In this document: one piece after another, positions 1 through 8,216 of the stretch
Layout of the letters: every line of letters starts with the position of its first letter
Position numbering within the stretch: position 1 is the first letter of the stretch
From: an uncultured bacterium
GTDB lineage: Bacteria > Verrucomicrobiota > Kiritimatiellia > RFP12 > UBA1067
Assembly (NCBI GenBank): GCA_902803135.1
Contig: CADCPA010000011.1
Coordinates: forward strand, 1 to 51,338
Direction: 5' to 3'
Length of the DNA: 51,338 nt
Notes under the pieces: model-generated
The model's database searches: none
Seen by the model: only the letters and a program-made list of their open reading frames with translations
What the model was told of the DNA's origin: nothing
Translations under genes and position numbers: made by a program

Positions 1-129
1 GCCGCCGCGCATCGCCGGGCCCGGACGTCCACCGCCCGGACCGCCCGGGCCGCCGCGGGGAGCCGCAAAAACCGTTGCCGCGAGCGCCAGGCTCGCAATC
101 ACAACCAAAAATGTCTTCTTGTTGTTCAT
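1..129 (-). CDS. Secreted Gly/Pro-rich protein, N-terminal fragment (continues past left edge)
   Basis: ATG at 129-127 with GGAGG (reverse complement of 136-140) upstream. My translation is MNNKKTFLVVIASLALAATVFA-APRGGPGGPGGGRPGP, a signal peptide followed by a Gly/Pro-rich region. It is cut by the window edge and absent from the ORF track. Confidence 0.5.
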   Translation of the reverse strand, partial: MNNKKTFLVVIASLALAATVFAAPRGGPGGPGGGRPGPAMRGG

Positions 130-170
130 GTCATACCTCCTTCGTTGCTTACAATGTGTCTGGTCGGCCG

Positions 171-210
171 AGAAACCGAATCTGACAGTCCCGATCCGTT
201 TTTTTTTTTA
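171..210 (-). terminator. Possible intrinsic terminator after the acyl-CoA dehydrogenase gene
   Basis: The stop TAA (210-208) runs into an 11-nt homopolymer (T11 on the plus strand, 199-209). An imperfect hairpin follows (about 177-198, one mismatch), then GUUUCU on the minus-strand RNA. The structure is weak. Confidence 0.3.
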
Positions 211-2229
211 CATCGGATAGTCGAGCGCTTCCGGAATCATCACCGTGGTGAGGCACTTGGCCGCACGGTCCTTCGCCAGACGCGTGCCGGCGAGAGCCTC
301 GTCGAGCGCCAGGCGGAGCGCCGCATAGGCCGCCTTGTCCTCGGCCGTCGCCGCGCCGAAGCCGAACACGATGCCGCTGCAGATCTTGCCGGCATCGCCC
401 GCAACGTCCGCCACGACCGTGCCGAGCAGGTCGTTGAACGTGTTGAGGTAGCTTTCGAGCTCCGGCCCGACCACGGGGTGGTCCTTGCCGTTCTGGGCGA
501 GGAACTTGATATCCGCATGGAAACACTTCGCCGCCATGAGACCCGCAAGGGCGTCCGCCAGCGGGAACACGACGCCATGGCGCTGCGAGGCGCCCAGCTT
601 CTTGCCGTTCGGATCCTTCGCCGTCTTCGCGAAGTTCTGGGTCCAGGACCACAGGCGGAGCGCCGCGGCGAGCGCGTTGGCACCGTTGTCGGCCGCGCAC
701 GGGCACGCTTCGAGCTCCTTGGCCCACGCCTCGAGCTGCGCGAGGAAGACCGGACTCGACATCGTCTCGCCGATCTGGCGGCGCTGCACGGCCTCCGGCC
801 CCTCATACGTCGCGTCGAGCTGCATGTCGGTCCACTTGTAGAAGAGGAAGCCGGGACAGTCTTCGGTGATGCCGTAGCCGCCCATCAGCGTCACGGCCTG
901 GCGCATCACGTCCGCACCGTGGCCCGTGTTCCAGAGCTTGCAGCTCGGGCAGAGGATGTTGCAAATCGCGAGGAGGTAGACGTAGCGCACGGTCACGTCT
1001 TCGTCTTCAAGCGGATCCTTGCCTTCGTTCAGGAGCTGGACGGCCTTCTCGACCGGCGCCTTCATGTTCTTGAGCATCTCGCGGCCCTTGCCGAGCTTGG
1101 CCTTGGCCTCGTCCTGGATGAGCTCGAGCGCATCGTAGCGGCGGGAGATGTCGAAACCGAGCGAGCTGGCCGCTTCGGCGGTCGCCCACACGTCGGCGAG
1201 ACGTTCCGTGACGTCTTCCTTCATCTGCAGCCCCTGCTGGTAGCGCGGCGAGGACTCCTCGACGCCCACGGCGCCGCGGAAGCGCGTACGCTGGTAGCGG
1301 ATGACCGGCTCGATGGCGGACATGAGCGAACCCGCGCCCATCACGCCCACGCCCACGCGCGTCTTCGAGAAGACCTGCGCGATGATCTCGCTGTGCGTGA
1401 GCTTCGGCACGACCTTTCCATCGACGATGTCGTAGCCGCCGACGATGCGGGAGGCCGGCACGACGACGTCGATTACGGGGTCGCCCGTGTTCGAGAGCTG
1501 GTGCACGCACTTGAGCGTCTGCGCGCCGCGGTCGAACTTGCCCGGATCCGTCGCTTCGACGATGATCATGCAGGAGCCCTTGATGCGGTCGTCGCCCGAG
1601 TTGGCGGCAACGGTCACATAGTCGGCGATCGCGATGTTGGTGATGAAGCGGCCGCGCTTCTCAACGCGGATCATCGGCTCCTCGCCGTCCTTCCACTCGG
1701 CGCTCGAGACGCGTCCGCACAGCACGCCCGTATCCACGCCCACGTAGGGCAGCGGTTCGGTGAGCGCGAAGGAGCCGCGCCACGTCTTGCCGCTTTCGTT
1801 GCCCGGCGCGCAGAGCGTCATGTAGCGCTTCTTCTGCTCGGGCGTGCCGAGTTCGGCGATCGGACCCATCGCGAGGTCGTTCACGAACGAGCTCGTGGCC
1901 GCACCGTTGTCCACCCAGCTCATCTCATAGGAGAGGAGCGAGAGCGCGAGGTTTTTCGGTCCTTCGAAGAGACCGCCGCAATCCATGTTCAGCGCGGCCT
2001 GCGTGACGCCGCTCGCGTCGAAGGCGTCGAACATCGACTGCTTCTCCGCCGTCCAGTCGTGCGACTTGCGCTGGCCATCCGCCACGAGCTTCGCGACAAG
2101 ACCGCGGGCCACGCTGCGCGCGCCGGCAACGGCCATCTGGATGTCATATCGTTCGGCGAACCGCCACATGATCTGGCGCACTTCGTCGCCCGGCAGCATC
2201 TTCATCGTGGGTCTCTCGTTGGATTCCAT
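208..2229 (-). CDS. Acyl-CoA dehydrogenase family protein (long form, about 673 aa)
   Basis: Non-biased ORF whose sequence I recognise as an acyl-CoA dehydrogenase-type fold (e.g. FALTEPLPYVGVDTG, GVGVMGAGS). I prefer the ATG at 2229 (MESNERP), preceded by AAAGGAAAG, over the TTG at 2253 that opens the track ORF. Confidence 0.8.
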   Translation of the reverse strand: MESNERPTMKMLPGDEVRQIMWRFAERYDIQMAVAGARSVARGLVAKLVADGQRKSHDWTAEKQSMFDAFDASGVTQAALNMDCGGLFEGPKNLALSLLSYEMSWVDNGAATSSFVNDLAMGPIAELGTPEQKKRYMTLCAPGNESGKTWRGSFALTEPLPYVGVDTGVLCGRVSSAEWKDGEEPMIRVEKRGRFITNIAIADYVTVAANSGDDRIKGSCMIIVEATDPGKFDRGAQTLKCVHQLSNTGDPVIDVVVPASRIVGGYDIVDGKVVPKLTHSEIIAQVFSKTRVGVGVMGAGSLMSAIEPVIRYQRTRFRGAVGVEESSPRYQQGLQMKEDVTERLADVWATAEAASSLGFDISRRYDALELIQDEAKAKLGKGREMLKNMKAPVEKAVQLLNEGKDPLEDEDVTVRYVYLLAICNILCPSCKLWNTGHGADVMRQAVTLMGGYGITEDCPGFLFYKWTDMQLDATYEGPEAVQRRQIGETMSSPVFLAQLEAWAKELEACPCAADNGANALAAALRLWSWTQNFAKTAKDPNGKKLGASQRHGVVFPLADALAGLMAAKCFHADIKFLAQNGKDHPVVGPELESYLNTFNDLLGTVVADVAGDAGKICSGIVFGFGAATAEDKAAYAALRLALDEALAGTRLAKDRAAKCLTTVMIPEALDYPM

Positions 2230-2296
2230 TGTTCTTTCCTTTTCTGTTGGCAAACTTCTTCGTCAACCGCGTCAGGCGCACGGCCGCTTCGCCGCC

Positions 2297-2340
2297 TCAA
2301 CCTTCAACTCTCAACTCACAACTCACAACTCTCAACTCAC
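2297..2340 (-). repeat. Six tandem heptamers (plus strand TCAACTC/ACAACTC; sense strand GAGTTGA/GAGTTGT)
   Basis: Units read directly at 2297, 2304, 2311, 2318, 2325 and 2332. The dnaX stop codon (2334-2332) lies in the last unit. The array fills part of the dnaX/acyl-CoA dehydrogenase spacer. Confidence 0.85.
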
Positions 2341-3708
2341 ATCCGTGACCTGCGCGCCCTTGAACATGCCCATGAAGGCGTTGAGCTTGGGGTCGTCCAT
2401 GATTTTACGCTGCTCCTCCGGCGTGAGCACATGCTTGGGCGTCTCCTTCGGCGCGGGGGAGGCGGCCTGCGGCGGCGTGGGCGCCGCCGCCACGCACGGA
2501 GGGGCCGCCGCAGGGGCGGCGAGGCGCGGCGAAGCTGCCGCGGGGGCATCGACGGGACCGCGCAGGTTGCGCACGGCGCGCATGAGCTCCTCGATGCTCG
2601 CCACGGTGGCGATGCGCGAGGCGCGGATGAGCGTCATCTCGATGAGCGTGCGCACGCTCAGCACATAGCGCAGCTTGTCCTCCATCGTCGCAAGCTGGTC
2701 CGCCACGCGGAAGATGCGCGACGCATCGCAGAGCTTCGCCTGCTCGGCGAGCGTCTTGATCTGGTCGGGCGTTGCCTCAAGGCCGGCGGCGTTGGCGCCA
2801 AGGGTCTGGTAGACGAGGAGGTTGCGGAAATGCTGAAGCAGTTCGCCGGAGAGGCGGCGCATGTTCTTGCCCGCCGAGTCGAACATCTCGACTGAACGGA
2901 GGATCGTTGCGGCGTCGCCCTTCAGAATCGCGCCGGCGAGGTCTTCGAGAGCCGCGCGCGAAACGAGGCCGAACACGCCCAGAGCATCTTCTTCCGTGAC
3001 CTTGTCGCCCTTGAACGCGATGAGCTGGTCGAGCGACGAGAGCGCGTCGCGCATGCCGCCTTCGGCGCCGCGGGCGATGGCGAGGAGCGCATCCTCTTCC
3101 GCCGCGATGCCTTCCTGCTCGCAGATGTAGCGCAGGCGCGCGGCGATCTGGTGCGTCTGGATGCGGCGCAGGTCAAAACGCTGGCAGCGCGAGATGATCG
3201 TGGCGAGCAGCTTGTCGCCTTCGGTCGTCGCGAAGATGAACTTCACGTAGGGCGGCGGTTCCTCGAGCGTCTTGAGGAGCGCGTTCCACGCCGCGGGCGT
3301 GAGCATGTGGCATTCGTCGACGATGAAGACCTTGTACTTGGACGCCACAGGCTTGAACTGCACCGCGTCGATGATCGGCTTGACGTCCTCGACCTTGTTG
3401 TGGCTCGCCGCGTCGAGCTCAGTCACGTCGATGGAGCGTCCGGCCGCGATCTGCTTGCAATTCTCGCACGCGCCGCAGGGCTCGACGCCCTGCGGATTCG
3501 TACAGTTGAGCGCCTTGGCGAGAATGCGCGAGGTCGTGGTCTTGCCGATGCCGCGCGGGCCGATGAACAGGTAGGCATTGGCGATGCGTCCGCTTTCGAT
3601 GGCGTTGCGGAGCGTGCGCACGACATGCTCCTGCCCCACCATGTCGCCGAAGTTCATGGGGCGGTACTTAAGCGGCAGCGCAATGTGCTGTTTTTCCCGG
3701 TCTGACAT
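2332..3708 (-). CDS. dnaX: DNA polymerase III subunit gamma/tau
   Basis: KYRPMNFGDMVGQEHVV, Walker A GPRGIGKTT, the CGACENC zinc module and FIVDECHML. The true start is the ATG at 3708 (MSDREKQH). The 136-codon Arg-rich extension in the track ORF overlaps the upstream gene. Confidence 0.95.
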   Translation of the reverse strand: MSDREKQHIALPLKYRPMNFGDMVGQEHVVRTLRNAIESGRIANAYLFIGPRGIGKTTTSRILAKALNCTNPQGVEPCGACENCKQIAAGRSIDVTELDAASHNKVEDVKPIIDAVQFKPVASKYKVFIVDECHMLTPAAWNALLKTLEEPPPYVKFIFATTEGDKLLATIISRCQRFDLRRIQTHQIAARLRYICEQEGIAAEEDALLAIARGAEGGMRDALSSLDQLIAFKGDKVTEEDALGVFGLVSRAALEDLAGAILKGDAATILRSVEMFDSAGKNMRRLSGELLQHFRNLLVYQTLGANAAGLEATPDQIKTLAEQAKLCDASRIFRVADQLATMEDKLRYVLSVRTLIEMTLIRASRIATVASIEELMRAVRNLRGPVDAPAAASPRLAAPAAAPPCVAAAPTPPQAASPAPKETPKHVLTPEEQRKIMDDPKLNAFMGMFKGAQVTDVS

Positions 3709-3743
3709 GGCTCGCTGGATTCTCCAAAAGTCCGAACGGACGC

Positions 3744-4907
3744 TTAACGCCAGTTCTTCTCCTTGATGATCTGCTCGATCTTCTTGCCGAGCGGGCAGTC
3801 CTTCGCCTTGCCGTTGCGCCAGAGGACGTCGTAGTTGTGGCGGAGGTCCTTGATCGTGCCCTTGCGCTCGTCGAGTTCCCGGGGCTTGAGCGCCTCGAGC
3901 TTGGCGAGGTAGCCGCCGCAGATCTTGGATGCGACGTCCATGAACGGCTTTTCGTCGCAGTACGAGAGGACCTCGAGGATCTCCTTCACCTGCTGCGAGC
4001 CGACCTTGTTCCGGTCGATCTTGGCGAGGAGCTTCTTCGCCGTCTCGCGGCGGAGGTTCATGACATCCCGCTCGTTGGCGAGGAACGTGCCGTGTGTCGT
4101 GTTCGCATAACGGCACGGGAGCTCACGCACCCACACGTTCCTGAAGTGCACGGGGTTGCCGTGGTCCTGGAACTGGATTGAGCCCTTCGTCGCGCGCGGC
4201 TTCTCCTGGCGCGTCCGGCGGCAGTGCCACGTCGGTCCTTCGAGTTCCCAGTGGTCCTGCACGAGAACGCCGTTCAGGAAGACCGTGAGGGAGCCCGGGT
4301 GCTTGCACTCGTTGCCTTCGAACACCGGCTGATGGAAGATGATGTCGTAGACCTGCCATTCGCCCGGCTTGCGCGTCGGATTCACGAGCGGCGGGTTCTG
4401 ACCGTACACGGCGCCAGCCTGGCCGTCGGCGTAGTTCGGGTTCTTCATGTCCGCCGGATTGGTCTCATAGCTGTCGAGCACCTGAATCTCGTACATGCCG
4501 CCGAGCACGAACACGCCGGAGTTGCCGCGGCCCTGACCGTAGCCTTCGACCTTGATCGGTGCCTGCCACTCGACGTGAAGCTGCACGTCGCCGAATTCCT
4601 GGCGCGAACAGATGTTGCCGGCGTGGTTGACGGACTCGAGCGTGCCGTTCACGAACTTCCACTTCGTCCGTTCGCCCTTGCCGTCGACCCAGTTCTTCTT
4701 GAAGGACTCTTCCGTGCCGTCGAAAAGGACAATCGCGTCGCTCGGCGGCTGGCCGAGCTGGGCGCCGGGCGTCACCTTCACGGGATTGGGACGGTTCGTG
4801 TCATGCACGGCCCACGCATGTTTGGCCGTGGGGATGTCGCCGTAGAGGCCGGCGAAGAGGGACGCGGAAAGGCCCGCGACCGCGGAGGCAAGAATCAGCT
4901 TCTTCAT
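3744..4907 (-). CDS. DUF1080 (3-keto-disaccharide hydrolase-like) secreted protein
   Basis: Signal peptide MKKLILASAVAGLSASLFA. DUF1080-like motifs include NGTLES, GDVQLHVEW, NSGVF, YEIQVLD and IQFQDHGNPVHFRNVWVREL. Confidence 0.8.
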   Translation of the reverse strand: MKKLILASAVAGLSASLFAGLYGDIPTAKHAWAVHDTNRPNPVKVTPGAQLGQPPSDAIVLFDGTEESFKKNWVDGKGERTKWKFVNGTLESVNHAGNICSRQEFGDVQLHVEWQAPIKVEGYGQGRGNSGVFVLGGMYEIQVLDSYETNPADMKNPNYADGQAGAVYGQNPPLVNPTRKPGEWQVYDIIFHQPVFEGNECKHPGSLTVFLNGVLVQDHWELEGPTWHCRRTRQEKPRATKGSIQFQDHGNPVHFRNVWVRELPCRYANTTHGTFLANERDVMNLRRETAKKLLAKIDRNKVGSQQVKEILEVLSYCDEKPFMDVASKICGGYLAKLEALKPRELDERKGTIKDLRHNYDVLWRNGKAKDCPLGKKIEQIIKEKNWR

Positions 4908-4929
4908 TTTATTTTCCTTTTCTTGGTGA

Positions 4930-4943
4930 ATTTCAGATTTCAG
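4930..4943 (-). repeat. Tandem heptamer x2 (plus strand ATTTCAG; sense strand CTGAAAT) in the DUF1080 leader
   Basis: Read directly as atttcagatttcag, 23-36 nt upstream of the ATG at 4907. Confidence 0.8.
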
Positions 4944-4961
4944 TTGTCCGAGTCCGGCTGT

Positions 4962-7085
4962 CTACTTGACGAGGATGGTCAGGCGGCGGGTCTTGTAGAG
5001 ACCCGCGTTCTGGGCGAACGTCCAGTCGGCGTGCTCTTCCGTGCCGTTGCCGATGCCGATGTCCGACGCGCCGTCATCCGTGAAGTGGTTGTAGGCGAGA
5101 ACCGTCGTGGCGTCCTTCCAGTTGTGGATCTGGAGGCAGCCGTAGCCGGTTTCATGGCTGAGGTCGGGGTCGTCGTTGAAGTCGTAGAGCTGCGGATCGC
5201 CGCCGATGCCCGGCAGCTTCGCGCCCTGTCCGTAGTTCGCCTTGAAGAACTCGATCGAACCGCCGTCGTCGTTCGTGACCTCCTTCACCGACTTGCGGTT
5301 GGCGCGCACGGTGAGATTGGCGACCTTCTGCTGGAACATCACGCCGCTCGTCATCGGCAGACCGAGCTTCGCGGCGTCCGTCGTGAAGGCGTCCATCGCG
5401 GCCATCGCCCAGTCGACCGTACCGTCGCGACGCTCGAGTTCGAGTACGTAGGCGACGCGGGAGAACGCGCCGGCCTGAGCCGTCTTGTCGAGCGAGTAGC
5501 CCGCGAAACGGCCCACCGGCAGATCGGCCGCGAGCACGGGGCGGAAGCCCGCGAGTTCGGGAATCTTCAGCGCGGCGCCGAGCTTCACCGGCTCGCCGCG
5601 ACGGTCTTCGCCGGGCGTGCGGGCGTCGACTTCGAACGGACCGACCGGCAGGCCGGAATCGAACGAGTAGAGCGTGCCGACCCAGGGCTTGGACGCGAGG
5701 TAGCGCAGGCGGCGGGGCGTCGTGACGCCTTCCGCGGCGACGACAAGGTCCGTGCCCTTCAGCGTGAACGCGCTGTCGCCGTTCAGGAGGCGGGCGGGCT
5801 TGAACTTGCCGTCCGGCCCCGCAATCTCGAAGCCCTTCGCCGGCGAGTAGTCCATGTTGTACGCATACCACGTCGTGACGTCGTTGAACGTCAACACGAA
5901 CTTGTCGCCGTCGATGCGCCAGCTCTTGAGCGTCGGCGAGTTGTCGATGATGTTGTCGAAACCGTAGTCGCGCTTGAGGGCGTGGAGGGCGAGGCGGCGG
6001 GCGACGGACTCCTTGTCGTTCGGATGGATGTCGTGGTTGTTGCCGACGTCGCACACCACGGCCATGCCCGCATTCTTCTCCTCGGCGTCAAATTTCGCCT
6101 GGTTGAGCTGGAGGTTGAACCAGCTGCAGGAGAACGGCGCGAGCTCGACGAAGTAGAGCTTGTAGTCCGGATTCTCGAACGACTTCACCCAGCCGTCGTA
6201 GAGCGCGTGCATCTTGTCGCAGTAGCGCGCGGCTTCGCCGTTGTTATGGCAGCCCTGATACCAGATGAAGCCCTTGTTCGTGTAGGGCGCCCAGGCGGCA
6301 ACCATGCCGTTCCAGAGGGCGGACGGCTGCTGGTTCGGACCGCTCACCACGCCGCGGCGCAGACTGTTGTTCCACTTGTCGGTCGTGGGGAAATCCGCCA
6401 CGTCCTTCAGCTCGGGATGGTTGTCGTAGCCGCAGCGCGGGGTCCAGGCGTCGATGTTCGTGCCGCCCCAGCTGGAGTCGACGATGCCCACCGGCACGTC
6501 GAGCGCGTTGTAGAGCTCGAGCGCGTAGTAGAACGCCGTCGCGGAGAGGTTGTTGTGGAAGTTCTTCTTGAAGGACTCGGGCGAGTAGTCGAACCAGACG
6601 GCCTTGTAGTCGTACTTCGGCTGGGCGGCCCACACGCGTTTGTTCTTCGCCCAGCGGATGTACGGACGACGCGTCATCGCGGTCATCACGCCGCCCTGGC
6701 CGTCGCGGTAGCGCGTGTTCGGCCCCCAGATCGGGCATTCCATGTTGCTCTGGCCGCTTGCGAACCACACTTCGCCGACGAGCACGTTCTTGAACGTCTC
6801 CTCGTTGGCCGCACCCTTGATCGTGATCGTGCGGCTCTCCTTCGAGGCGGGCATCGGATCGAGATTCACGCGCCAGGCGCCCTTCGCGTCCGCCGTCGCG
6901 GTCTTCGCCTGCCCCGCGAACGTCACGGTGACCTTCTCGCCCGCATCGGCCGTGCCCCACACCGCAACGGGGAGGTTGCGCTGGAAGACCATGTTGTCCG
7001 CGAACGGCGTCGCCGAGGCGACCTTCGCCTCGGCCGAACCGACGGCCGCGATCGCGAAAGCCGTCAAAATCATGAACTTCTTCAT
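4962..7085 (-). CDS. Sialate O-acetylesterase-like (SGNH/DUF303) secreted protein with an extra C-terminal domain
   Basis: Signal peptide MKKFMILTAFAIAAVGSAEA, then FADNMVFQRN...VWG...GEVWFASGQSNME, typical of 9-O-acetylesterases. Start chosen at the ATG at 7085. Confidence 0.8.
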   Translation of the reverse strand: MKKFMILTAFAIAAVGSAEAKVASATPFADNMVFQRNLPVAVWGTADAGEKVTVTFAGQAKTATADAKGAWRVNLDPMPASKESRTITIKGAANEETFKNVLVGEVWFASGQSNMECPIWGPNTRYRDGQGGVMTAMTRRPYIRWAKNKRVWAAQPKYDYKAVWFDYSPESFKKNFHNNLSATAFYYALELYNALDVPVGIVDSSWGGTNIDAWTPRCGYDNHPELKDVADFPTTDKWNNSLRRGVVSGPNQQPSALWNGMVAAWAPYTNKGFIWYQGCHNNGEAARYCDKMHALYDGWVKSFENPDYKLYFVELAPFSCSWFNLQLNQAKFDAEEKNAGMAVVCDVGNNHDIHPNDKESVARRLALHALKRDYGFDNIIDNSPTLKSWRIDGDKFVLTFNDVTTWYAYNMDYSPAKGFEIAGPDGKFKPARLLNGDSAFTLKGTDLVVAAEGVTTPRRLRYLASKPWVGTLYSFDSGLPVGPFEVDARTPGEDRRGEPVKLGAALKIPELAGFRPVLAADLPVGRFAGYSLDKTAQAGAFSRVAYVLELERRDGTVDWAMAAMDAFTTDAAKLGLPMTSGVMFQQKVANLTVRANRKSVKEVTNDDGGSIEFFKANYGQGAKLPGIGGDPQLYDFNDDPDLSHETGYGCLQIHNWKDATTVLAYNHFTDDGASDIGIGNGTEEHADWTFAQNAGLYKTRRLTILVK

Positions 7086-7096
7086 TTTTGTCCCTT

Positions 7097-7131
7097 TCGA
7101 ACGTCGAACATGAAACATCAAACATCAAACC
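7097..7131 (-). repeat. Five tandem heptamers (plus strand TCGAACG/TCGAACA/TGAAACA/TCAAACA/TCAAACC) in the esterase leader
   Basis: Read directly. The sense strand reads GGTTTGATGTTTGATGTTTCATGTTCGACGTTCGA, between the putative -10 box (7141-7149) and the ATG at 7085. Confidence 0.8.
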
Positions 7132-7140
7132 CGCTTGAAG

Positions 7141-7149
7141 ATTATACCA
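7141..7149 (-). promoter_or_regulatory. Extended -10 promoter element TGGTATAAT
   Basis: Sense strand ATTTTTGGTATAAT, 56 nt upstream of the esterase ATG and 21 nt after the epimerase stop. Matches TGnTATAAT. Confidence 0.4.
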
Positions 7150-7169
7150 AAAATCGTTCCCGTGCGCAC

Positions 7170-8216
7170 TTAGAAGAACCACTTCGCGCAGGCGAGCAGG
7201 CCCTGCTTCCACGGCACGCGGTGCGACACGCCGGTCCGGCCCGCGAACTCCGGCAGATGCGCCACATACCAGTCGTAGTTGCGCACGAGGGCGTCCTTGT
7301 TGGAGTACTTCGGCTGGAAGCCCAGCAGACGCTCGGCGCGCTCGATGGAGACAAAGCTGTCCGTCGAGGCCGTCTCGTAGACCCACGGGTAGAGCGGCGA
7401 GAGGTGGAGCTTCTCGAGAATGCGCAGGATGAGGACAAGCGGCTTCACGGGCATGCCGCGGATCTTCTTGCCGTGGCCGGCGCGGTCGAGCACGGCCTGG
7501 TAGTCTTCCTTCATCGTCGTGAATTCCTTCGCGCCGATGTTGAATTCCGTATTCACCTTCGATTCGTCCAGCGTCAACGTCGCCCAGATGGCCTCGCAGA
7601 GGTCGGCGACGTCCATCAGCTGGTAGCGGTTGTTGCCGCTGCCGATCATCGGGAAGCCGTGGCCCGTGTAGGCCCAGTCGTAGAAGAGCGCGAAGACGCC
7701 GAGGCGTTCGGGGCCGATGAAGCTCTTCGGACGGATCACCGGCACGCACTGCCCCTCCGCGCGCGCGGCGCGGCAGATGCCTTCGGCCTCGATTTTCGCG
7801 TGGCCGTAGGGTCCGACGCCGATCAGCTCGTCGTCCTCATAGATCGGGTGGCGCTTGGGCACGCCGTAGACGGCGGTGGAGGAGATCTGCACCATGCGCG
7901 GCACGTTGAACGTACGGCACGCGGCGAGCACGTTGCGCACGCCGTCCACTTCCGTCGTGCGGATGTCTTCCGGCGAATAAAGCGGCAGGGCCGCAGCCGT
8001 GTTCACCACGGCGTCGCACCCCTTCACGCAGGCCTCGACGGCCTTCAGGTCGCGCACGTCGCCCTTGGTGAACTCGAGCCAGGGCTCGGACTTCTCGGGA
8101 TAGTCGAAGTCGGCGATGTCGAGGACGCGGATCTTCTCCACGCCCTTCTCGCGCAGGACGCGGATCAGGTTGATGCCCAGAAAGCCGCTTCCGCCTGTGA
8201 CCAAAACCGTCTTCAT
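7170..8216 (-). CDS. NAD-dependent epimerase/dehydratase family protein
   Basis: Rossmann motif [14 protein letters not shown] and a YGHAK catalytic-type motif. The ATG at 8216 overlaps the upstream stop (ATGA, 8216-8213). Confidence 0.9.
   Translation of the reverse strand: MKTVLVTGGSGFLGINLIRVLREKGVEKIRVLDIADFDYPEKSEPWLEFTKGDVRDLKAVEACVKGCDAVVNTAAALPLYSPEDIRTTEVDGVRNVLAACRTFNVPRMVQISSTAVYGVPKRHPIYEDDELIGVGPYGHAKIEAEGICRAARAEGQCVPVIRPKSFIGPERLGVFALFYDWAYTGHGFPMIGSGNNRYQLMDVADLCEAIWATLTLDESKVNTEFNIGAKEFTTMKEDYQAVLDRAGHGKKIRGMPVKPLVLILRILEKLHLSPLYPWVYETASTDSFVSIERAERLLGFQPKYSNKDALVRNYDWYVAHLPEFAGRTGVSHRVPWKQGLLACAKWFF

Noticed and set aside
145-2895. 916-aa plus-strand ORF
   Set aside because: It is antisense to the well-supported acyl-CoA dehydrogenase and dnaX genes. 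Its Arg/Ala/Gly/His/Leu-rich, low-complexity composition is typical of shadow ORFs in GC-rich DNA. It has a TTG start and no recognisable motifs.
2332-3708. Programmed -1 frameshift site in dnaX (gamma/tau)
   Set aside because: I saw no A-AAA-AAG-type slippery heptamer. The gene already encodes a short 458-aa product.
3709-4116. N-terminal extensions of track ORFs: dnaX here, and also 8217-8678, 9959-10717, 18993-19787, 20192-20395, 27327-28124, 31102-31638 and 39586-40920
   Set aside because: The extensions are Arg/Gly/Pro-rich and overlap the upstream genes. Conserved N-termini with ATG or GTG starts and SD sequences lie at the internal starts I used.
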